From NCBI GenBank assembly GCA_049967655.1, contig JBMFSH010000007.1, forward strand, positions 32,001 through 96,000: a stretch of 64,000 nucleotides of DNA, read 5' to 3'. The notes beneath the pieces are model-generated. The model made no database searches. It saw only the letters and a list, made by a program, of their open reading frames with translations, and had not been told where the DNA came from. Below, in pieces: positions 1 through 8,459 of the stretch (its first letter is position 1; each line of letters begins with the position of its first letter). The position numbers and the translations under genes are program-made. The stretch comes from Acidobacteriota bacterium (GTDB lineage: Bacteria > Acidobacteriota > UBA4820 > DSQY01).

Positions 1-1
1 C

Positions 2-160
2 ATGCCCTCCCTGCGCCACGGCCCGGCCGGTGACCTGCTGGTGGAGGTCTACGTCCAGACGCCCCGGGTGGTGGACGAGCGCAGCAAGGACCTGTTGCGG
101 GAGTTCGGCCGGTTGAACCCGGAGAACCCTCGTGGCTATACTAATTCCACGGAAGGATAG
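2..160 (+). CDS. dnaJ: DnaJ/CbpA-type co-chaperone, C-terminal fragment (5' truncated by window edge)
   Basis: Frame from nt 2 reads MPSLRHGPAGDLLVEVYVQTPRVVDERSKDLLREF...ENPR, matching the DnaJ C-terminal 'G..GDL.V.V.V..P' motif; TAG ends at 160; directly upstream of hspR. Confidence 0.8.
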   Translation: MPSLRHGPAGDLLVEVYVQTPRVVDERSKDLLREFGRLNPENPRGYTNSTEG

Positions 161-164
161 GACC

Positions 165-593
165 ATGGCTCGCCGGCCCAACAAGGGAGAAGGGAAGCGG
201 TACTACATGATCTCCGCCGTCTCTCAGCGTTTCGGCGTTCATCCCCAGACGTTGCGTCTCTACGAACGGGACGGTCTGCTCAAGCCCTCCAGAACGGACG
301 GGAACACGCGGATGTACACCGACGAGGACCTGGAGCGGCTGGAGATCATCTTGAACCTGACCCGCAACCTGGGCGTCAACCTGGCGGGTGTGGAGATCGT
401 CCTGAACATGAGGCAGAAGATGGCTCTCATGCAGGAGCAGATGAACGCCTTCATGGAGTTCTTCCTGGATCAGTTGGGCCACAAGGGCGTCACCCGCGAG
501 GAGGTCAGGGAGCGAGCCCTGGCCAGGCTGCCCCAGCGGTCCCTGCAGCTCCTTCTCGACAGGCTGGCGAAGGGCGGCGATCGTGAGGAATAG
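165..593 (+). CDS. hspR: HspR-like MerR-family heat-shock repressor
   Basis: YMISAVSQRFGVHPQTLRLYERDGLLKPSRTDGNTRMY...LGVNLAGVEIVL is the HspR signature; follows dnaJ; ATG at 165 after AGGA. Confidence 0.85.
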   Translation: MARRPNKGEGKRYYMISAVSQRFGVHPQTLRLYERDGLLKPSRTDGNTRMYTDEDLERLEIILNLTRNLGVNLAGVEIVLNMRQKMALMQEQMNAFMEFFLDQLGHKGVTREEVRERALARLPQRSLQLLLDRLAKGGDREE

Positions 594-1434
594 CGGAAGC
601 AGCAGCGAGGAATCGGCCCTTCTCAAGCGGTATCTTCGGGAGATCTCCCGCTTTCCCCTCCTGACCCCTGAGGAGGAGCGGGAGATCGGTCGGCGCATCC
701 AGGCTGGGGACAAGGAGGCGCTTCAGCGCTTGGTGGAGTCCAACCTCCGGTTCGTGGTCTCCTTCTCCAAGAAATACCGGGGATGGGGCCTCTCCTTCCA
801 GGACCTCATCAACGAAGGGAACATCGGCCTCATGGAGGCCGCCAAGCGGTTCGATCCCAACAAGGGGGTGAAGTTCATCACCTACGCCGTCTGGTGGATC
901 CGGCAGGCCATCATCCACGCCCTCTCCGAGCAGGGAGGGCCCTTCCGGATTCCCCAGAAGCAGGCCAACCTCCTCTACAACATCCACAAGACCATCGCCG
1001 CCATGACCCCGGTTCTAGAGCGGGCTCCCACGGTGGGAGAGGTGGCGGAGGAGCTGGACGTGCCTCGCGAGAACGTGGAGGTTCTGATGCAGGCCGAAAG
1101 CGAGGATCTTCCTCTGGAATCCCTCGCGGACGAAGACTCGGACTTCCAGCTCCTGGACAAGATTGAGCAGTTCACCATGCCCCCCGTGGACCAAAACCTC
1201 ATGGAGGAGTCTTTCAAGAAGCTTCTGGCGGGCATGCTGAAGGACCTGGACCAGAAGGAGCAGCAGGTCCTCGTCCTGCGCTTCGGGCTCGACGGCAAGG
1301 AGCCACACACGCTCAAGGAGGTCGGCGACAAACTGGGCCTCTCCCGTGAGCGCATCCGCCAGATCGAGACGCAGGCCCTCAAGAAACTCAAGCACAGCAA
1401 GAAGAGCAAGCAGCTGATGGGCTACCTGAATTGA
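583..1434 (+). CDS. Sigma-70 family alternative sigma factor (RpoD/RpoS-like, lacks region 1.1)
   Basis: Region 1.2 YLREISRFPLLT; region 2 NLRFVVS..DLINEGNIGLMEAAKRFDP..KFITYAVWWIRQAI; region 4 TLKEVG..LGLSRERIRQIE. Confidence 0.9.
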   Translation: MRNSGSSSEESALLKRYLREISRFPLLTPEEEREIGRRIQAGDKEALQRLVESNLRFVVSFSKKYRGWGLSFQDLINEGNIGLMEAAKRFDPNKGVKFITYAVWWIRQAIIHALSEQGGPFRIPQKQANLLYNIHKTIAAMTPVLERAPTVGEVAEELDVPRENVEVLMQAESEDLPLESLADEDSDFQLLDKIEQFTMPPVDQNLMEESFKKLLAGMLKDLDQKEQQVLVLRFGLDGKEPHTLKEVGDKLGLSRERIRQIETQALKKLKHSKKSKQLMGYLN

Positions 1435-1484
1435 ACCCGCCGCAGGCGGGCGAAATCCGGGTTCCCGGGCCGCTGGAGGTCCCG

Positions 1485-2705
1485 ATGCGCGCGCCTTGGA
1501 TGTCAAGCATCACGATGATGGCACTCTTCGTCTTTACCCTGCCCGCGGTAGGCCAGTCGGCGGACCAGGGCTTCAAGCCCCAGCCTCTGCTGGAGCAGGG
1601 GGTCGCGCTTCTGAAGAAGGGGGAGGCCGACCAGGCCGAACCCCTCCTGCGCCAGGCCGCCCTGGCCGCTCCGGAAGACGCGCTGGTCTACTTTTACCTC
1701 GGGTCGGCTCAGATGGCCCAGTCCGAGTACTCGGATGCGGCCTCCTCCCTGCGCAGGGCCCTGCGCCTCAATGAGGCCAACTCCTCCCTCGGCAGGGCCA
1801 ACTGGCGAGAGGCGCAAGACAACCTGGGCCTGGCTTTGGCCTTCCAGCAGGAGTACGGGCAGGCCAAAAAGGTCTACGAAGCGGCGCTCGCTAAGGATCC
1901 CGACTATCCGCCTTTCTCTTACAATCTCGCCTGCGTCTGCTCCCGGGCCGGTGACCGCCTGGGAGCCATCGCGGCCCTACGCGAGGCTCTGCTAGTGGAC
2001 GCTCGGCAGGAAAGCGGCCCAACCCTGCCCGACCCCTCCGTGGACCAGGACCTGAAGGGGCTTCTCGGAGACCCGCGGTTCCAGGCCACCCTCCTCGTGG
2101 CCATCGGTCCCCAGCCCAATGATGGCCCGGGAAGCGCCCTCATGCGCGAGGGCGCTCGGTTGCTCTCGGCCGGAGAAGACGCCGCCGCGGAGGCCAAGGA
2201 GCGGGCCGCCATCGCTGCCGAACCCTCATCGCCCAGGGCTTGGTTTTTCCTGGGGGGCGCTCTCGAGGAACAGAAGCGGCTGCCCGAGGCGGCCGAGGCC
2301 TACGCCAAGGCGCTCGCGGCGGACAACCCCCCGGGGCGGGTGCTGAGTAAGCCCATGCGGCGCCATGCCCTCATGGCGGAGGGGATGGCGGCCCTGGCGA
2401 AGGGCCAGGGTGAAGCGGCGGTCGGCTTCTTCCAGGCGGCGTCGGCGCTGGATCCCTTCCACCCCATGGCCTTCTACGACCTCGGAAGGGCCTTCGCACT
2501 CCAAGGGAAGATGAAGGAGGCGGCTCAGGCCGTGCGGAAGGCGGAGGATCTGAAGGACAACCTCACGGCGGTGGAGGGCCCTCTGCCAGACCCCGCGAAG
2601 GATCCGGCCTTCGACCGCTGGTCCAAGGACCCGGCCTGGCGGGCGCTTCTCAGCGGCGAGACGGCCGCACCCTCGGCCGGCGCTCCCAAGGCTCCGGTCC
2701 CCTGA
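1485..2705 (+). CDS. Exported TPR-repeat protein
   Basis: GGAGG before ATG 1485; hydrophobic N-terminus; multiple TPR units (YFYLGSA, YNLAC, WFFLGGALE, FYDLGRA) and two 'DP..D.DL..L' TPR-end motifs. Confidence 0.75.
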   Translation: MRAPWMSSITMMALFVFTLPAVGQSADQGFKPQPLLEQGVALLKKGEADQAEPLLRQAALAAPEDALVYFYLGSAQMAQSEYSDAASSLRRALRLNEANSSLGRANWREAQDNLGLALAFQQEYGQAKKVYEAALAKDPDYPPFSYNLACVCSRAGDRLGAIAALREALLVDARQESGPTLPDPSVDQDLKGLLGDPRFQATLLVAIGPQPNDGPGSALMREGARLLSAGEDAAAEAKERAAIAAEPSSPRAWFFLGGALEEQKRLPEAAEAYAKALAADNPPGRVLSKPMRRHALMAEGMAALAKGQGEAAVGFFQAASALDPFHPMAFYDLGRAFALQGKMKEAAQAVRKAEDLKDNLTAVEGPLPDPAKDPAFDRWSKDPAWRALLSGETAAPSAGAPKAPVP

Positions 2706-2810
2706 GAAGCCGCGCAGGAACGGGCTAACGGAATTCGCGCCCAGATGGCGCGAAGATCGGATACGAAGGCGTTCAGTTGTTCCGGCGCGGCCCCTAAGGG
2801 CTGGGATGCA

Positions 2811-2839
2811 TTGACAATTCCGGTGCCTCCCGGCACAAT
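2811..2839 (+). promoter_or_regulatory. sigma70-type promoter
   Basis: TTGACA-N17-CACAAT, upstream of AAGGAGG and GTG at 2863. Confidence 0.7.
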
Positions 2840-2862
2840 AGGCCGCTAAGGAGGCCCAACTC

Positions 2863-4098
2863 GTGCGCCGATGCCTGCTGATCCTCATCCTTGCTCTGGT
2901 GGCCGTCCCCCTGCTGGCGTTGCCGGGAGACGATCCCGTGGCCATCGTGCCCACGGCCCACGGCCCCACCCTGTGGCTGCCGGCGCAGACCTCCCAGGCG
3001 GCCCAGCAGGCCGCCGCAGGTGAAGTGGCCCGCTACCGGGAAGCCTGGGCCGGCTTCTTTGGTTCGCCGCCGCCGCTTCCCGACCCGCTCACCGTATCCG
3101 GAGTGGGAATCTTGTCCGAACAGGTCTTCTCCGCCCTGTGGCAGGCCTCTGCCTCCGGGCTGAGGCCCGAGGAGCAGGAGGGGGCGGCTTCCGCGCTGCG
3201 CGCCGTGGTGCTCGATGATCCCGCCCCGCTTCTGGTTCCCGTGGCGAGGGCCCTCTCGGAGGGTCGCCTCGACGGAAGCCTGCTGTCGGGCGCTCTGCCC
3301 TACCTCTTTCTTCGATCCGAAGTGCAGACCCAAGGCTTTTTGCCGAAGGCCCTGCCTCCCGGCCCCGGCGCTTCTCGCCTGCGCGAGGCGCTGAAGGACC
3401 AGGGCGCCTCCTGGGACCAGTTCTGGAACCGTTTCACCTCCTGGGTTGTGGAGCGGGGACTGCGATACCACCTCCTCGCGACCCAGACCGGAACCCTCCC
3501 CGCCGTGTGGATGCTGGATTCCGACCTGACGCCCGGCCATTTCACGGCCTGGCGGTTCCATCTCTCCGAGGTGGACGAGGGAGTGAACCTCCAGGTGGAA
3601 GGCGAGGCCCCGAGCGGGATCCGGATGCTCAGCTTCTACACCGACGGCGCGGGGCGCGTGATTCAATCGGGCGTATGCGACCTGAAGGGACCGCGGCTTC
3701 TCTTCCCCCGCAACGGCCGGACGCTGTGGCTGGTATTGCTCAATGATTCGAGCAAGAGCGAGGGGGAGGACCTCACCATGACGCTCTGGAAGGACCTCGC
3801 CGCGCCGTTCGTGGTGCGCCGCGCCTCCTTGGACGGAAAGAGCTGCGATCTCTTCGTGGAGGAGCGGTCGGGGGTGGCCTTTTACGATCTCACGGGGCGC
3901 TCCTCCGGCAGCGACAAGTTCACCTCGCTGGGCGTCGCGCCCTTTCCCTCGGAAGGCGGCGGGAGCCACCACTACCGGGTACCCATCCAGGGCAGCCAGC
4001 CGAGCCTCGCCGAGATCAGGCTGACCTGCACCACCCTCGCGGGCGGCACCTTCACGGCCACGGCCCCGCTCTCCCCGTCGGGCTCGCGCTTGCCATGA
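2863..4098 (+). CDS. Hypothetical exported protein
   Basis: Strong RBS, signal peptide MRRCLLILILALVAVPLLA; stop overlaps comM start (ATGA). Confidence 0.75.
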   Translation: MRRCLLILILALVAVPLLALPGDDPVAIVPTAHGPTLWLPAQTSQAAQQAAAGEVARYREAWAGFFGSPPPLPDPLTVSGVGILSEQVFSALWQASASGLRPEEQEGAASALRAVVLDDPAPLLVPVARALSEGRLDGSLLSGALPYLFLRSEVQTQGFLPKALPPGPGASRLREALKDQGASWDQFWNRFTSWVVERGLRYHLLATQTGTLPAVWMLDSDLTPGHFTAWRFHLSEVDEGVNLQVEGEAPSGIRMLSFYTDGAGRVIQSGVCDLKGPRLLFPRNGRTLWLVLLNDSSKSEGEDLTMTLWKDLAAPFVVRRASLDGKSCDLFVEERSGVAFYDLTGRSSGSDKFTSLGVAPFPSEGGGSHHYRVPIQGSQPSLAEIRLTCTTLAGGTFTATAPLSPSGSRLP

Positions 4099-5633
4099 TG
4101 GTCCGCCTCCACTCCGCGGACCTGGCGGGCATCGAGGCCGTCCCGGTGGAGGTGGAGGTGGACGTCCAGCCGGGTATGCCGGCTTACGTCACCGTGGGCC
4201 TGCCCGACGCGGCCGTCCGGGAGAGCCGGGAGCGCGTGAAGAGCGCGCTTTTGAACGCGGGCTACCAGTTCCCCCTCGAATCGGTCACCGTGAACCTAGC
4301 CCCGGCCGACATTCCCAAGGAGGGGTCCCAGCTGGATCTGCCCATCGCCATGGGGCTGATGACCGCCAGCGGGCAGATCCCGGCCTCCTCCGGGCAGGCG
4401 GGCTTCCTGATGGCCGGTGAGCTGGCGTTGAATGGGCGCCTGCGGCCCGTTCGAGGCGCTCTGGCCATGGCGGTGCTGGCGCGCGCCTCGGGCGTGGCGC
4501 TCCTCTGCCCGTCCGAGAACGTGCCCGAGGCCGCTCTCGTGGAGGGATGCACGGTCTACGGAGTCGCCTCCCTCAGCTCGGCCGTGCGGTTCCTGCGGGG
4601 GGAGGAGGTCCTGGAGCCGGCCCCGCACAGGTCCTTCGCGGAGCTCCTGAAGGAGGTCCCCAGCCCGCTGGACCTCCAGGAGGTGCGAGGGCAGGCGCAC
4701 GTGAAGCGCGCCCTGGAGGTGGCCGCCGCCGGAGCGCACAACGTCCTGCTCATGGGCCCCCCAGGCTCGGGCAAGTCCATGCTGGCCAAGCGCTTTCCGA
4801 CGATTCTTCCGCCCATGTCCTTCGAGGAGGCCCTGGAGACGACCCGCATCCACTCGGTGCGGGGCGAGCTGCCGCCGGCCGGCGAGGGCATCGTGGCCGT
4901 TCGGCCCTTCCGGTCCCCCCACCACACCATCTCCTACGCCGGCATGATCGGCGGCGGTGCGCGCATCCTTCCCGGCGAGATCTCCATGGCCCACAACGGC
5001 GTGCTCTTCCTGGACGAGCTTACGGAGTTCAGGCGGGACGTGCTGGAAAGCCTGCGGCAGCCCCTCGAGGACCGCGGGATCTCCATCGCTCGCGCCAAGC
5101 AGAGCCTCTCCTTCCCCGCCGCCTTCACCCTGCTGGCGGCCAGCAACCCCTGCCCCTGCGGCTATTACGGGGACCCCGCCCACCGGTGCCGCTGCACCCC
5201 CTTGCAGATCAAGCGCTATCTGGACAGGCTGTCGGGGCCCCTGCTGGACCGGATCGACATTCAGGTGGAGGTGACCGCCATGGCGCCCGAGGAGCTGAGG
5301 CAGGCCCCGCAGGGCGAGCGCTCGGCGGAGGTGCGGCGCCGGGTCCGCGGGGCCCGCGAGCTGCAGTGGGAAAGGTTCCGCGGGACGGGGATCTTCGCCA
5401 ACGCCCAGATGGACGAGAAGATGGTGGACCGCTGCTGCGCTCTGGAGCCCGGAGGCGAGGAGCTGCTCATGAAGGCCCTCCGGACCATGGGCATCACCGC
5501 CCGCGGGCACCACCGAATCTTGAAGGTGGCCAGGACCCTGGCCGACCTGCAGGGGCGGGAGCGGATCGGCTCCGCGCACATCGCCGAGGCCATCCAATAC
5601 AGGACCTTCGATCGAAAGCTGTTCACCGCCTGA
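4095..5633 (+). CDS. comM: ComM/YifB Mg-chelatase-like AAA+ ATPase
   Basis: VGLPDAAVRESRERV, NLAPADIPKEG, Walker A GPPGSGKSM, PFRSPHHT, GEISMAHNGVLFLDE, NPCPCGY, SGPLLDRID. Confidence 0.95.
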   Translation: MMVRLHSADLAGIEAVPVEVEVDVQPGMPAYVTVGLPDAAVRESRERVKSALLNAGYQFPLESVTVNLAPADIPKEGSQLDLPIAMGLMTASGQIPASSGQAGFLMAGELALNGRLRPVRGALAMAVLARASGVALLCPSENVPEAALVEGCTVYGVASLSSAVRFLRGEEVLEPAPHRSFAELLKEVPSPLDLQEVRGQAHVKRALEVAAAGAHNVLLMGPPGSGKSMLAKRFPTILPPMSFEEALETTRIHSVRGELPPAGEGIVAVRPFRSPHHTISYAGMIGGGARILPGEISMAHNGVLFLDELTEFRRDVLESLRQPLEDRGISIARAKQSLSFPAAFTLLAASNPCPCGYYGDPAHRCRCTPLQIKRYLDRLSGPLLDRIDIQVEVTAMAPEELRQAPQGERSAEVRRRVRGARELQWERFRGTGIFANAQMDEKMVDRCCALEPGGEELLMKALRTMGITARGHHRILKVARTLADLQGRERIGSAHIAEAIQYRTFDRKLFTA

Positions 5634-5656
5634 TCGGAGACGGGGTCGCTGCTCCC

Positions 5657-6136
5657 CTAGCGGGGGACGGTGGGTCCTCCGCTCCGAAGGCGCCAAGTCA
5701 GACGCCCCAGAATGCGGTTCAGTGGGTTATCCCGGGAAAGAACGGGGATGGGAGGCTTTCTGCGCATGCCGATGGTCTTGTAGAAGCTCACGAGGAGCTC
5801 GCGGTGAGGAGAGCGGAGCCGCAGCCCTCGATGAAGGGTGCGGACACACAGGAAACGGTCCCCGCACGCGAGGTAGGCCTTAGAGAGGTTGAGGTAGCAG
5901 AGAGGCTCCTCGGGATCCTTTTGGGCGGCCTCCTGACAGAGGGCGAGCCCTCTGGCCGCGCGGCCCTCCTCGCAGGCGGTCAACATCCCGACGTAGGACA
6001 TGGCGATGGGGCTCTCGGGATGGATCTTGAGGTAGTCCTCGAAAAGAACCTTGGCCCTTTCCATAAGCCCCGTCTCGACCAACTTGATCCCCTCCTTCAG
6101 CCGAGGAGGGACGTCCACCACGCTCAAGTCCGGCAT
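5657..6136 (-). CDS. Small TPR-repeat protein
   Basis: TPR-like helices (AMSYVGML, CYLNLSKAY) and C-terminal GMRRKPPIPVLSRDNPLNRILG; GGGGG/AAGGG RBS. Confidence 0.7.
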   Translation of the reverse strand: MPDLSVVDVPPRLKEGIKLVETGLMERAKVLFEDYLKIHPESPIAMSYVGMLTACEEGRAARGLALCQEAAQKDPEEPLCYLNLSKAYLACGDRFLCVRTLHRGLRLRSPHRELLVSFYKTIGMRRKPPIPVLSRDNPLNRILGRLTWRLRSGGPTVPR

Positions 6137-6269
6137 GTCACACCCCCCTTGCCCTTCGTTCCACTCGCGTAGGCCAATCCTCGCTCGCCTGGATGGGTTC
6201 CCGGGCTCTCCCCTCCAAAGCGCTCATCATACCCTAAAGCAGAGCCCTCTTGCCAAGGCCTCTCCCTGC

Positions 6270-6583
6270 CCCAAATTCCGCGATGGAAACGCGGGTGCCT
6301 CCGGCTACCACTCGGGTTCACGGGGGAAAGGCGTTGTCTCCTGGACGGGGAGGGCCATGGCCTTGCCCCCCGAACCGCGAGCTAAGCCCGGCGGTTCGGG
6401 AGATTGCCCTGCGGGGCCCCGCCCCCCCGGCAAAGCCCGATGGGGCCCCACCTCTCCCTTGGCACCCTCTTCGCCTTCGGCTCGACGGTTCCCAATCCCT
6501 CAGTGGGTGTGACACCCTTTCCCACTGGGCGTGACCTGTCGCGCCCTCCAAGGCTGTTCCCCTCCTCCATTGCGGGATTGGGG
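6270..6583 (+). mobile_element. MITE, long copy (314 bp)
   Basis: Ends CCCAAATTCCGCGATGGA and TCCATTGCGGGATTGGGG are 15/18 inverted repeats; flanked by CCTGC at 6265-6269 and 6584-6588; first 104 bp recur inverted at 46893-46996. Confidence 0.85.
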
Positions 6584-6664
6584 CCTGCGGATCCGACCGA
6601 TCGGGATCTCAGCCCTGTCCATGAAAGTGAGTGAAGGCTTTCATAAAAGGTGTGACTTGCTTAC

Positions 6665-6693
6665 TTGACAGAGACCTCCGAGAGGGATAGCGT
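6665..6693 (+). promoter_or_regulatory. sigma70-type promoter of the TetR gene
   Basis: TTGACA-N17-TAGCGT. Confidence 0.6.
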
Positions 6694-6731
6694 CACCGTA
6701 GTGAGTGAGTGGGCACAAGCGAGGAGGGGCC

Positions 6732-7316
6732 ATGGACCTCATCATGGAAGAAAGCAAGCGGGATACCAAGTTGCCCGCCATCCTGCGGGCGGCTCTGGAA
6801 CTCTTCACCGAAAAGGGGATCTACGCGACCACGACCAAGGACATCGCCCGCCGCGCCGGGGTCAGCGAAGGGGCCCTGTACCGGCACTTTCAGAGCAAGC
6901 AGGAACTGGCCGAAGACCTGTATTTGACCCACCTCTCCTACTTCACGGCCCAATTGGACCGGAGCGTCCTGGTCTACGACAACCTCAAGGAGCGCCTGGA
7001 GGCCCTCATCGAGGGCTGTTTTCGGTTCTTCGACGAGGATCGCACGCTCTTCACCTACCTCATTCTGAGCGAGCACAACGAGCTGGGACGAACCAGCCGA
7101 AAGGTCCGCCACATCCGCCACCTGGTTCGGGACATCCTGGCCGAAGCCCGCGAGCGCGGCCAGGTGAGGGAGGGAGACCTAGAGCTGTTCGGCGCCATGG
7201 TGATCGGGATCATCATTCGCGTGGCCATCTTCCGCATTTACGGCCTCATCACGGGAGATCTGAAGACGCGCGCCGCCGAGGTCTCGGACTCCTGCTACCG
7301 CTTCCTCGCCCCCTGA
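6732..7316 (+). CDS. TetR/AcrR-family transcriptional regulator
   Basis: ILRAALELFTEKGIYATTTKDIARRAGVSEGALYRHFQSKQEL; GAGGAGG RBS before ATG 6732. Confidence 0.95.
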   Translation: MDLIMEESKRDTKLPAILRAALELFTEKGIYATTTKDIARRAGVSEGALYRHFQSKQELAEDLYLTHLSYFTAQLDRSVLVYDNLKERLEALIEGCFRFFDEDRTLFTYLILSEHNELGRTSRKVRHIRHLVRDILAEARERGQVREGDLELFGAMVIGIIIRVAIFRIYGLITGDLKTRAAEVSDSCYRFLAP

Positions 7317-7466
7317 TGGAACCCCCAAGTTCGAGACATGGAGGCGCTATCTCCTTCGAGCCCGTTTCCAAGCCGTGCTAAACTGTTAAAAGAACCGTCT
7401 TGCAGCGCGGCCTGCGCCGGCCGGAGTCTGGCGCCACGGGACCCTTGAGCCCGCGGGGAGGAGCCG

Positions 7467-8003
7467 ATGGACGCGAAGGAGTTGCTCGAGGCCGTCATCC
7501 GGGAAAGGGGAGCCTCGCAGGCGGGACTGGATTCTGGTGCCAAGGTTCTGGCCCAGGCCATTTCCGAGGCCCTCGCGGTGAAGCCGGAGGAGGTGGCCAT
7601 CCTGGTCCTCACCTCCACGGAGCAAAGTTTGAAGTTCGTCTGGCCGCGAGCCCTATCGCAAGGAAGCGGGGTTTTCCCGGCGAACCACAGGAACGCCGTC
7701 GCCTCGGGCGTCCTGGCCGCCATGAAGGGCAGGGTGGACAACCGCCTGGCCGAGAGCAAGCACCTGAAATTCTACGAAAGCATCAAATGGATGGAGTGCA
7801 GCGGCCTGCCCATCCAGAAGATGGTGGCGCTGCCCATGGTGGCCGGGGAGCGCGCGATCGGAGTGGTCGAGGTGTCGAGAAAGGGCAGGACCCCCGAGGA
7901 GGCCGGCCCCAACTTCACCTCCCAGGATGCTCAGCTCCTGGTCAGCCTCTGCGCGACCTGCGCTCCCCTCCTTGCGCAGCTCATTCCCAAGCCCTTCTTT
8001 TGA
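7467..8003 (+). CDS. Standalone GAF-domain protein
   Basis: GGAGGAG RBS; C-terminal MVALPMVAGERAIGVVEVSRK...FTSQDAQLL is GAF-like. Confidence 0.7.
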   Translation: MDAKELLEAVIRERGASQAGLDSGAKVLAQAISEALAVKPEEVAILVLTSTEQSLKFVWPRALSQGSGVFPANHRNAVASGVLAAMKGRVDNRLAESKHLKFYESIKWMECSGLPIQKMVALPMVAGERAIGVVEVSRKGRTPEEAGPNFTSQDAQLLVSLCATCAPLLAQLIPKPFF

Positions 8004-8053
8004 GCCCGCCGCCGGGCCGCTCGCAGCGCCACTCCCTCTGGAACCGACAGAAC

Positions 8054-8386
8054 ATGACCATCACCGGCACCGGCCCCCTCGATTCTTCCCTCTGGCTCTC
8101 GGCGCCACCCGTTACGGTGGAGCTCCGCGGCGCCTCCATGGAGCCGCTCCTGTCCGAGGGTGACCGCGTGGAGGTGGTGCTCGCCGCGCGGGAGGAGCTG
8201 AAGGCTGGCGATCTGGTGGTTTTCCGGCGCGGGGAGGAGAGGGTGGTCCACCGCTTCTTGAAGGGTCTGCCGGGGGGATTCCTCGAAGGTGGGCCGAATC
8301 GCCCTTGGCCTCCCCCGAGAGTGGCCGCGCAGGATCTTGCTGCGCCTCTGCGGCTGGTTCCTGCCCGTCTGAACCCTCTCCCGTGA
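8054..8386 (+). CDS. Short S24/S26 peptidase-like protein, possibly degenerate
   Basis: GASMEPLLSEGD and GDLVVF...VVHR motifs; the expected KGDN box reads EGGPN. Confidence 0.55.
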   Translation: MTITGTGPLDSSLWLSAPPVTVELRGASMEPLLSEGDRVEVVLAAREELKAGDLVVFRRGEERVVHRFLKGLPGGFLEGGPNRPWPPPRVAAQDLAAPLRLVPARLNPLP

Positions 8387-8409
8387 ACCGCCCAAAGCAT
8401 CGCGGTTTC

Positions 8410-8438
8410 TTGAAGCCAGCCATGCCGGAGAGTACAAT
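8410..8438 (+). promoter_or_regulatory. sigma70-type promoter of the ileS operon
   Basis: TTGAAG-N17-TACAAT followed by AGGAGG RBS. Confidence 0.65.
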
Positions 8439-8459
8439 CTCTGGATTCAGGAGGTTGCC

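Noticed and set aside
8439..8459. T-box leader for ileS
   Set aside because: The predicted promoter lies about 20 nt from the start codon, leaving no room
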